IMG/VR virus record: IMGVR_UViG_3300037851_000284
Coordinates: 155,055-219,054 of that record
Length of the DNA: 64,000 nucleotides
Strand: one strand, 5' to 3'
Source of the DNA: a virus
Lineage: Duplodnaviria; Caudoviricetes
The position numbers and the translations under genes were made by a program. A model generated the notes under the pieces. That model was not told the origin of the DNA. It saw only the letters and a list, made by a program, of their open reading frames with translations, and ran no database searches. Positions 1 to 9,700 of this stretch are shown piece by piece; within the stretch, counting starts at the first letter, position 1; every line of letters starts with the position of its first letter.

Positions 1-3000
1 ATTTCCTATCCAATTGTGATGAACCAAAGCTTGGTATACTTGTAGTATAGTTAGAATATATAAGGTTCGGCTTTGTTTTCCACTCATTTAACAACGGGTT
101 AGAATTACTATAAGAGTTCTTTAAGATATTATTTATTATATTACTACGTTGTTTTTTATCATTCATTTTGTTTAATCGTATAAATGCTTCTTTTGAGAAG
201 GAAGCATTAACGGTGTCCAAAGGAACCCGTCTATCAAGTTCTAAATCAGATAGTATTCCGTTATGATTTCCATTAATATCAGAACCTAAATCAACAAACC
301 CGTCTAGAGGATTTAATGAATTAGACATTTGGTTTGGTCTAAAAAAATTAGCAGCTAGAAATACTGCCGCTCCTATAGCTCCAAATTTTCCAGTAGTTTT
401 AGTAAAATTAATTGCTCTAGGATATTCTCTTAGAATCCTTGATCCAAAGCTTTCTGCTGCCTCATTAAAATTAATGTTTTCATAAGGCTCGCCTATTTTA
501 AGTTTATCTAATATACTAATAGCTTTATTCAGTTCTGTTTGTTCACTAATCCAAGCCTTTGATTCTCCCTTTGTTCCAAACTTTTGATGATATTTTATTA
601 TTCCTTCAGTTAATAGTTGATGAGCCTTATCTCTTTCTTCGTTTGTTTCAAAATAATCAGATAAGATATCCTTTAACGCTAAACGTGTCTCTGGATTTTT
701 ATTATATGGATTTGTTAATGCTGCTACTGCTAAAGAAATTCTCTTAATTTTATCGACTCCGTGCTTAATCATGCTAATTGGTAGTTGTTCCATTCCAGCC
801 AATCCAGTAGTTAATGATGTTCCTATAAACTTATTTAAAGTAAGAGTGTTATTTTTAGATAAGCTATCCATCTGCATTATTTGTCTACCTCTGGTTTCTA
901 ATATATTTGTGAATATACCAACTGCTCTTTTAGAAACAGACATCAAGGCTGATTCGTCCACCATCTTTTTAACTATATCATTAGTAACTACACTTGGATC
1001 CCTAGTTGAAATTTTTTCAACCATATCTATTAGATTTCTAAAGTTTCCTTTAATAGCATCTTCTGCGTCTTGACTTCCTAGTTCTACGGTTTTCTCGCTA
1101 ATTCTTCCCGTTTCTCTATCAAAATATCCAACTCTAGCTTTTGAATTTTCAAAACCAATAATTTTTCTTTGTTCACTTATAGCATCTCGAACCGTTTTAA
1201 ATTTACCGTTCTCTTTTATCTTAGTATTTAATATATCAATAAATGACCTGTTAACAGATTCGTGTAAGTTTAACAATTCTTTTTCTGTATTAAAAGCATG
1301 TACCACTCCAAACATTTGGTCTCCGTCAACGTCTCCTCCAACCAACTTCCAATATTCTGCAGCAACTGCTATTCTATTAATATCCATTCCAAAATAACTT
1401 GCTATTTCTTTAGGAACAACATTGAATCTAGCTGTTAAAAAAGGATTGGTTCCAGAAGGAGTATAAGGAGGACGAGTAATAAAACCAGTAAATTTTCTAT
1501 GCATCCATGCTCTATTTTTAATTTCAGAACCGAACACATTACTTATTCTATCATAAAAATTTTTGGTTTGGAGAAATTCAGATTCTTTAACATCAAATTC
1601 GAACTTTTTAAAAGTTTCTTCATGAACCATAACATCATGTAGTGAAAAGTCATTAACTACGTTTCTAGTCCACTTATCTAGAAACTCTGCGTGCTTTCCT
1701 TTAAATCCTCTTGCTCCCCAACCTTCAGAATCCATAATATCTTTAAGTCTTAAATATAAAGAATTAGCATCTTGAGCAGAAGCAGCAAACCCTTGAGGAA
1801 GATGGAGGTCTGTTTCAGAATTATATACATGCCTTAGTAAATATGTAAGATATTGTTTTTTAAGGAAATCTACAGATTCGCCAACAACCTTAGAATCTTC
1901 TTTTTTCATATTTTTTTCTGCCATCATATATGCAAGAAGAACATCATCCATTAATTTAGTACTTCTGGTAGAAAATCCAAAAGCTGTTCCCTTTTTATTC
2001 TCCTTAGATACTAAGTTAATAACATTTTCGTGATGAGCAGGAGCTTCCATTAAAAGATATTTTAATTTAACAGTCTTATTAGTTTTATCAACTTCTGCTA
2101 CAAAACTATCTTTCTTTTTCTTTAGTTTATCAAAGATATTTAATACTTCATCCGTAGATGGCAATTCGTCTTTTGTGGCAATTTGATGTAACAAGCTCTC
2201 TATATCTAGAGTTATTGTATTACCTAATTTAGGATTAACTGATAATGCAAACACTCCTTTCTTTTGAGCTAACATAGCTCTTTGTTGCGCCGATTCTAAA
2301 GACATAATAGTTCTGTTCTTGGGATCTATTACGGCTTTAGCAAAATTATCATTCTCCATATCATCAATTATTTCTCCAGCAACCTTTAACTTTTCTTCTT
2401 CAGAATTCTCATTAATAATATCAGATACTTTTTCAATTAATTCATTTTTTTCATCGTCTCCAAAATTATATCTTTTAAGTGCTTCTAACGATAATCCTTT
2501 TTTAATATCTAATATATCATCTATCTCCTCCAGACTTAACGTTTTCATTGTGCCAATATTAATCATTTTTAACTGGAGTCGCCTAAAGGATCTAATAGCA
2601 TCTCCAAGTTTACCAGATATTCTATGTGCTCTAGCCATTTCTATTATCTTTAAAGAAGTAGTATCTAATGCTCCCAGATGGGCTTTTTGTAATATATTTC
2701 TTCTTACTTTTATACGCGCGGGTCTAGCTTCAGTCCCATTCATTATAGCATAAAAACTAAATCTATCAGGATGTTCTATTCCTATATCCCATTTTCCTCT
2801 ACCTTTATATTTCTGTCTTGCCTCAAATAACATAGGAACTAATTTACCTGTTCTAATAGCTTCTAAATCCGGTAAGATTAATTCATTATAGAAAGTATTA
2901 TCGAAAGCTTTGTCCTTAAAAACGGCGCTAGCCAATCTAGCTGATTTGTTTTCGTCTTTAGATATTTCTTCAAGATAATTATTATATATGTTGCGTATGT

Positions 3001-6000
3001 TCTTTTTAGCGTTTTCTACTCCACCTAAAGCATTATAATAATTTTCTGCCCTTTCTGTCGTCCAAACTTGTCCAGTATCGATCATGAAAGATCTTAATTC
3101 TTCAGTAGTTAGAGAAACGTTTCCAAAGAATTTATGAGCAGCATTAATCAAATTAACATCAGTAACGTTAGGAAACGAGCCAAGATGCGACGACCGATGT
3201 ATAGGTATTTTGGTTATATCATGTATATCGGAATTCATCTTTGCCGCCCAATATTTAAGCTTTTGTTCGGCTACTACTTGTTCTTGAATAGTACCGTTTT
3301 CCATTACATTCAGCAAGTGGTCAAATCCCTTCATAACAGTAATGGTTTTCATTGGTCCAACATAACCCTTCTCTAGAAACTGGGCTGGACCAAATCCCTG
3401 CACTCCACCATACATTTTTTCTCGGGTAATCATATCCATGAATACAGATACTGCTTTACCACTAAGTCCTTTACCAACCATTGATACCCTATCTTTATCC
3501 GTGATAACATATTTGATATCAGCCATCATTTTAATAGAACCAGCACTATCATTCCAGATATTTAATTTAGTAATTCTTCCATTAACAGGAGCATTAAAAC
3601 TAATTTTTCCCAAATCTCCTCTCGAAGCCATATACTTTGTTCCCTTTGGAATTTTTGTAAGTCCTTCGTTTTCCTGTATAACTTCATAAGCCGCATAGTC
3701 ATAATCGTCCTTGGTTAGAGCACTACCTTTTTTACTTTTAATTACTCTTAACTTTTCTTTAATCTTTCCCTCAAGTTTAAGAACTTGATAATTAAAACTA
3801 GGATCCTCGGCCCTAGAAGAAACATCAGAAAGATTAACTCCTATATCAGTATGCTCAAGATTAACATCTTTAAATATTTCAGAAGTAAGATGATGTCCTC
3901 CTTCTTGGCTTCCAAAGTTAGAAATAGTTGAAAAATATTTTACCATAACTGTATTACTAAATAAATGAGTCATAGCATCTGCGTCTCTGCCAAAACTCAT
4001 AAAGTCTAATTCTCCTCTAGATATCCATGGAGGGATAATCTTACGGGCATATTTTCTTAACACGAGAGGATCTAATCTTTCATTCATGGATTTGCTATGT
4101 AGACCAGCGACTACAGCAGAAGTTCCCATCATAAATTGGTTAGCTTGTTTTGCTGGAGGATAATCTGGAATGGGTAAAAAATGTCTAGTAGTAAATATAG
4201 AGAAAGCATATTTAGCCGCTTGACCAGAAGATAATGCTGTAGAAGAAGGAATAAATCCAAATAAGTTTGTCATTTCTATATCTCTAGCATCTTTTATTTG
4301 GTCGTCAAACGACTTAAATGCGTGATAAGAATTATATTTATATTCTAACTCTTCATATGCCGAATCAAATTGTTTTTTTCCTTTATGATATTTTTCCAAT
4401 TCGTGACCTAATAATAAATGTAATAACATACTGTCGGTTCCAGCATCGTGAGCAAATAGAGTTTTGTCATTATTTAATTTTTTTAATAAGGCAGTACTAA
4501 CCACTAAATTACTTTGTGGTCTACCTCTCAAAGTATTTATTGCTTCTATAATATTATTACTTGTTTCAAAATTATGAGCAGATAAACCTTTTTCTTTCAT
4601 CATTAGCTTTAATAAATTAGTTTGAGACAATGACTCTACTCCACCAACCACTACTCTATTAATTTCTACAATTCCATGAACGTCTATATGACTAATATTA
4701 GCATATTTTTTAAGTTTGCTAAAACCGATGGGGTCCTTAGATTCTAAAATTTCAAGCATTTTGAAATCGTAATAGGTTCCGAATTTAGAAGTAAGATATA
4801 TAGGTTTGTCAGGATTTTCTTCAACAACCCTGATTATTTTTTCTACCAAATGTCTTGCGATATCGTTGTTATCTTTAAAATCTCTTCCCTGAGTTTTTGT
4901 TAACGATTTTATTTTTTCTCCCCATTTGTTAATAATATCTTCTGGGGATCTACCTCTTAATTCATTTTTTTCTTGAGCACTAAGATATGTATCTCTTATC
5001 CATTCTGCCTGCTCCATATCAAATGGAAGCTCTTTCATTTTATCAACACCGTGACTGCTAAAAAACTTTTGCATATCATGTAAAGTTACTTTTCCAGTAG
5101 AACTAATATCTGCCACTGAAAATCCAGCTTGAGTTATTTGTGTATGAGCGTCAGTTATTTGAACATTGGGACCAGCTTTCTTATTAGAAATAGTTTCTAA
5201 GTCCACACTTATTACCAGAGCCCCATCAGTTAATCGAGCTAGTCTTTTGAATCCTTGTAAGTCTTTTAGGTTATTACCCCATTTTAATTTATTAGATACT
5301 CGCTCATCCCTATAATAAAACATTCCTTGTTTTATTGGGTCTCTATTAGTTGTTTCGATTCTACTAGCAACCTCAAGAGTATCTCTCATTATAAAATTAA
5401 ACCTACTAAAAGCATGTTCTGGGTTATATTTAAAATCACTAGATAGATTGCTTTTTATATACCTAATCAAATTTCTTATAGTAGCCTGTGTCATATTCAT
5501 ATAAGGCATTTTTTTATTTATAGGCGCAGGGTCAGGAATCTTAACATCATATTTTTGAACTCCATATGGAGATGTTGCTGGTAATATTCCATATTGAGCC
5601 AAAGGAATATTTAAAACTTTTTCTTTCCCTCGAGCAACGTGTTTTGCTGAAAATCTCAAATAATATCTGGGACTCTCCTTAGGACCATCTTGAATTATAG
5701 CTAAACTATGAGATTCAAATCCATTATCTTCGGTAGCTATTTCTTCCAATGCTGCCATTAAACTTTTAATATCATTGGTATAATCAAATTCTCCTAATAA
5801 CTTAAATTCTGGCGTAATTGGAATAAATTTCCTACTATATAGAGATGAAGATGTTACTGGTTTTCTTTTTAGTTCTTCGTTTGATAATACGGTTTTAACT
5901 TTATATTTATTTATTTTCCCAATATAGCGAAGATTAGCTCCTATATTTCTATTGGTTTCTCTAATATTTGTATAAAGCATTAACTGTTTTGTTATTTCAG

Positions 6001-6745
6001 GAGTAATAGAAAATAGCTTACTGGTAGTATTATAAGCCACTATATTATGATTATAATTTGCTTTAAAAGAGGTTAATCTTCTAATATACATATCTGCTAA
6101 ATCAGGATCTTCTCGAGTATATAAATCAATTAGTTTATTTAATTTGATACCGTCTTTATCGGGGTCATTTAATAGTTGTAATTCTTTTCCGTGTCCTTCG
6201 CTTATATACGGATTATGTAAAAAATAATTCTCCAGAATATCTTTTCTTATTTCAAATAACATACTATCTTTATTCATTTTAATAATAGATAAGTATGCTT
6301 TAGGGTCATTAACTTCTCCAATGTTTGAAAAAGTTATATCGTCTTTCATTTTAGATAATATATCGTCTTCTATAGTAGATATTTGATTTAATTTATTAGT
6401 TCTTAAAGTATTGCCAATCCCTCCTTCTGGATAGGCATTTCGAGCCGGAGAAATTTTTTCGATCACTCTATCTATCTCGGTTTCAGGTTGGAATGACCTA
6501 AAAGGTAAATCTAATGTAGCATTAGGTCCAAGAATTCTTTTTTGAGAATCAATACGTTTATAATCTTCTCTTTCGATTATTCTTTTTGCGTTACTATCAT
6601 GAATCCGGTTTATAATATCTTTAGCTGGCCCCTTCATTTTATGAGCAGCAAACACGAGACCAGACAATACTCCAACTTTTAATAATGTTCGAGTAAACCA
6701 CCCTTCGTTCTTATCATTTTTATTATCTGGATAATATTGGTTCAT
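1..6745 (-). CDS. Giant single-chain two-barrel (beta+beta'-like) RNA polymerase with N-terminal DEDDh exonuclease domain; probably virion-associated; 3' end outside the window
   Basis: Not in the ORF track. ATG at 6745 lies 2 nt after the stop of the 2819-aa gene (MNQYYPDNKNDKNEGWF...). All lines I translated in this frame were open, and the track lists no minus ORF here, as expected for an ORF running off the edge. Beta-like motifs: HFLPIPDYPPAKQANQFMMG (~4125-4185), NTVMVKYFS..GSQEGGHHLTSE (~3870-3955), SFNAPVNGRITKLNIW, ITDKDRVSMVGKGLSGKAV (~3450-3505). Beta'-like motifs: TRNVVNDFSLHDVMVHEETF, FITRPP, GGDVDGDQM (1313-1339). Confidence 0.88.
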   Translation of the reverse strand, partial: MNQYYPDNKNDKNEGWFTRTLLKVGVLSGLVFAAHKMKGPAKDIINRIHDSNAKRIIEREDYKRIDSQKRILGPNATLDLPFRSFQPETEIDRVIEKISPARNAYPEGGIGNTLRTNKLNQISTIEDDILSKMKDDITFSNIGEVNDPKAYLSIIKMNKDSMLFEIRKDILENYFLHNPYISEGHGKELQLLNDPDKDGIKLNKLIDLYTREDPDLADMYIRRLTSFKANYNHNIVAYNTTSKLFSITPEITKQLMLYTNIRETNRNIGANLRYIGKINKYKVKTVLSNEELKRKPVTSSSLYSRKFIPITPEFKLLGEFDYTNDIKSLMAALEEIATEDNGFESHSLAIIQDGPKESPRYYLRFSAKHVARGKEKVLNIPLAQYGILPATSPYGVQKYDVKIPDPAPINKKMPYMNMTQATIRNLIRYIKSNLSSDFKYNPEHAFSRFNFIMRDTLEVASRIETTNRDPIKQGMFYYRDERVSNKLKWGNNLKDLQGFKRLARLTDGALVISVDLETISNKKAGPNVQITDAHTQITQAGFSVADISSTGKVTLHDMQKFFSSHGVDKMKELPFDMEQAEWIRDTYLSAQEKNELRGRSPEDIINKWGEKIKSLTKTQGRDFKDNNDIARHLVEKIIRVVEENPDKPIYLTSKFGTYYDFKMLEILESKDPIGFSKLKKYANISHIDVHGIVEINRVVVGGVESLSQTNLLKLMMKEKGLSAHNFETSNNIIEAINTLRGRPQSNLVVSTALLKKLNNDKTLFAHDAGTDSMLLHLLLGHELEKYHKGKKQFDSAYEELEYKYNSYHAFKSFDDQIKDARDIEMTNLFGFIPSSTALSSGQAAKYAFSIFTTRHFLPIPDYPPAKQANQFMMGTSAVVAGLHSKSMNERLDPLVLRKYARKIIPPWISRGELDFMSFGRDADAMTHLFSNTVMVKYFSTISNFGSQEGGHHLTSEIFKDVNLEHTDIGVNLSDVSSRAEDPSFNYQVLKLEGKIKEKLRVIKSKKGSALTKDDYDYAAYEVIQENEGLTKIPKGTKYMASRGDLGKISFNAPVNGRITKLNIWNDSAGSIKMMADIKYVITDKDRVSMVGKGLSGKAVSVFMDMITREKMYGGVQGFGPAQFLEKGYVGPMKTITVMKGFDHLLNVMENGTIQEQVVAEQKLKYWAAKMNSDIHDITKIPIHRSSHLGSFPNVTDVNLINAAHKFFGNVSLTTEELRSFMIDTGQVWTTERAENYYNALGGVENAKKNIRNIYNNYLEEISKDENKSARLASAVFKDKAFDNTFYNELILPDLEAIRTGKLVPMLFEARQKYKGRGKWDIGIEHPDRFSFYAIMNGTEARPARIKVRRNILQKAHLGALDTTSLKIIEMARAHRISGKLGDAIRSFRRLQLKMINIGTMKTLSLEEIDDILDIKKGLSLEALKRYNFGDDEKNELIEKVSDIINENSEEEKLKVAGEIIDDMENDNFAKAVIDPKNRTIMSLESAQQRAMLAQKKGVFALSVNPKLGNTITLDIESLLHQIATKDELPSTDEVLNIFDKLKKKKDSFVAEVDKTNKTVKLKYLLMEAPAHHENVINLVSKENKKGTAFGFSTRSTKLMDDVLLAYMMAEKNMKKEDSKVVGESVDFLKKQYLTYLLRHVYNSETDLHLPQGFAASAQDANSLYLRLKDIMDSEGWGARGFKGKHAEFLDKWTRNVVNDFSLHDVMVHEETFKKFEFDVKESEFLQTKNFYDRISNVFGSEIKNRAWMHRKFTGFITRPPYTPSGTNPFLTARFNVVPKEIASYFGMDINRIAVAAEYWKLVGGDVDGDQMFGVVHAFNTEKELLNLHESVNRSFIDILNTKIKENGKFKTVRDAISEQRKIIGFENSKARVGYFDRETGRISEKTVELGSQDAEDAIKGNFRNLIDMVEKISTRDPSVVTNDIVKKMVDESALMSVSKRAVGIFTNILETRGRQIMQMDSLSKNNTLTLNKFIGTSLTTGLAGMEQLPISMIKHGVDKIKRISLAVAALTNPYNKNPETRLALKDILSDYFETNEERDKAHQLLTEGIIKYHQKFGTKGESKAWISEQTELNKAISILDKLKIGEPYENINFNEAAESFGSRILREYPRAINFTKTTGKFGAIGAAVFLAANFFRPNQMSNSLNPLDGFVDLGSDINGNHNGILSDLELDRRVPLDTVNASFSKEAFIRLNKMNDKKQRSNIINNILKNSYSNSNPLLNEWKTKPNLIYSNYTTSIPSFGSSQLDRK

Positions 6746-6747
6746 AT

Positions 6748-9700
6748 TTATAACCCGTATTTTTCTCTTCTATTAAGAGCGTTAAAAATAGTTCTAGACC
6801 TATCTCTCCTTATTAGTATATCGATCTGGTTGTGTTCGTCTGAGTTATTATTTATATATACTTGGACAGACGATTTAATTCCGTCCTTACTAAACAGATT
6901 ATTAATCGCTCCTCTGATTCCGGCCTGATTAATATTTGGGCTAGGAGGAGAATAATTATTTAATTTTTCTATATTAGCTGCTTTTATATCCATGTTACTT
7001 TCTTGTAAACGCAACATCTGTTCGTTCCAACCCAAACCAAATTCAAATTGATCGAATCCTTGTTCTTGAACAGTCTTTAATTTTATATCATCTAATGGAA
7101 CACTAGGATCCAGCACGCTTCTATCAAATGCGTATTTTGGTCTTCCCGCTGCTATTTCTTCGCTACTTCTTTGTATATAGTTTTTAGTGGCATCCTTACT
7201 ATCATTTTTTGACCATTGATGTTTTAATGCATTAGCTAAATCGTCAGGAATATATTTTAAAATTTCCTCTCGTTTTTTAGGGTCTCTTGTATTTAAGAAT
7301 GATTCTATATATGGTTTCTCGAATGGAGTGGTAGCCCTAAATAAATTAGCGACAGTAGCTCCTTTTCCTCCTTGATTAAACGCTGTTAATGTAGCTTCTT
7401 TTTGTTGTAAGTATTCTTGTTGAGTTAATCCGGTAGACAATTGAGCTAACATGTCATTTCTTTCAAATTTGGCTGCATCAAAGTAAGACATAATCTCTCT
7501 TTTTTCCTTTATTGATGCAGGAATATAAGTAGAATTAGTCATAAATCTGTATAATCCATGACCCGTACCATAAATAGCTCCCGCTCCAACTCCAACAATA
7601 GCGCCTAAAGGTCCGCCTAAAATTAAACCTCCCATACCATAAGATAATGCTCCAGCAAACGGGTCAGTTTTAGCAGCAAGACCCCTAGAATATGGTTCCA
7701 ACCATCCTCTTATTGGTTCATCCCAAGGTTTATATTCCTTTCCATATAATCTGGTCATTTTATAATGTTCTAACGGGTCTTTAGCAGCAAATAATTTATT
7801 TACTATAAAAGTATTAGTATTAGTAAACCGTTCCCACAAGGCACCTATCATTCTTTCTGGCAAACTATATTCTGCTGCTGCTTTTATATCTTCATTAATA
7901 GACTGTATGTTGGCGGTGTTTTCAGGATGTAATACTTTTCCTTTAAATCGATTCGGGTATAGTTCGTAAGATCTAATCCTAGCTTGTTTTATTTTAAGAG
8001 CACTATGATATTTTTCTAAATCGTCTTTATTCAACACTCCATATTTAATTTGAGTATCAACTATCTTTTTTGCTTCTTTATATTCAAGACTATTTGGAGC
8101 TACATCAGCCAATATTTTCAATCTATCAACCCAAGAATAACTGAATCCTAAAGTATCAGCTACTCCTTCTTCCATCATAGTAGCAGCAATTTTTCTTGCT
8201 TCATATAATTTTTTGACATCTTCTTCCCATCTACTTTTACTATAAGGTATATCAAAAGTCTTAACTTGAGAAGGATTTTCTCTATTAACATATAATAACG
8301 TTCCTCGTTTCATATTAAGCATACGTAAATAAAAATTAAGCTGCGAATAATGTTCTGATTTAGGAGCATCTAATACTGCGAATGCTTCGTCGTTAATAGT
8401 TTTAATTTCTAATGCTCTTCTTCCTCTACCTCCATAACCATCTCTAATAATAGCATCAACGTGACCAGTAATGTCGTTCTTTACATCTTGAACAAAAGCT
8501 TCGGCTTGTATTAACATTCCTTCAGACGCTAAGGTTCGTTGTACAGATTCGTGAAATGCTGTTCCTTTTTCCAATATATTGTATGATTCTAATTGAGTCG
8601 GAGGAATTAATCCAGTAAAATATTGGACTATATTTTGCGTTGTTCCTCCAATCATGGAATTATGTACTAATGCAAAAGGAACACAATAATTATGATTATT
8701 TTCAATCGTTAAATCGTACACTTTACCAATATATTTCTTTTTAGAAATAGATTTAATTTTATAAGGTATAAATCCTTTATAAATTAAAACATTAAGTTGT
8801 TCATTATTTTTATCAAATCCAAAAATATTAGATAATACATTTGCTTGATTATCATATAATCTAATATCGTATCTTTGAGTGGATGAAATTATTCTATCTT
8901 CTTTAATAAATTGAACATCTTTTCCTTTTCTATAACATAGTCCTGGTCGAAATCCTAAAGAACATAATAATTTAAATATACTAAATGATAGATTTTCTAT
9001 ACAAGTAGCTACACCTATTTCTGAACCAGATTTTTTATTACTTTTTTTAATATACCAACCATCTCCAGCGAAATAACCAGATAATAAAGCATTAATATTT
9101 TTATTACCAATGTTATAAATTTCTTTAGGAAGATGTTTATTTTTTGCTTTTCCGCATAAAGATTCTAAAATATCTCTCAATATAGTTGAATTTGAAGTAA
9201 CTCTTGCACTATTATTAGTAATTAAAATAGTAGTAGAAGAATGAAATAATTTTTCTGTTATATTTTTAATAAAAGTATGATATTCTATTTCATTAGAATG
9301 AAATGAAAATGTAGTTTGACTAGAAGATAGAGATCCTTCTGCTAAATAAAATCCAATTAATTTCATTAATTCTGAAGTAATATTTAAGTATCTATCATAT
9401 CTTTTTATTCCGTTACTATATACTCCATTTTTTTTAAATGTATATTTATTATATATTTTTAATAATTCAAATAAATCTATACTTTTAATATTGTTTGTAA
9501 TTTTAATAATTGGAGTAACTAAATAATCTCCAGATTCTAAATCTTTAGCTTTATTTTCAGTTATACTATAGTCTGATTCTTTACAATATTTTAATGCGTT
9601 TTTATTTTTACATTCAAAACAACATCTTTTAGATTTTGGTTCATTTGGATAATATTTACATTTATTAGTTTTTATTGAAAAAATATCATGATTATCTGTG

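Noticed and set aside
8230-8580. Cas4 / CRISPR adaptation system
   Set aside because: Only a PD-(D/E)xK domain inside a virion protein; no Fe-S Cys cluster seen, no cas1/cas2 and no array.
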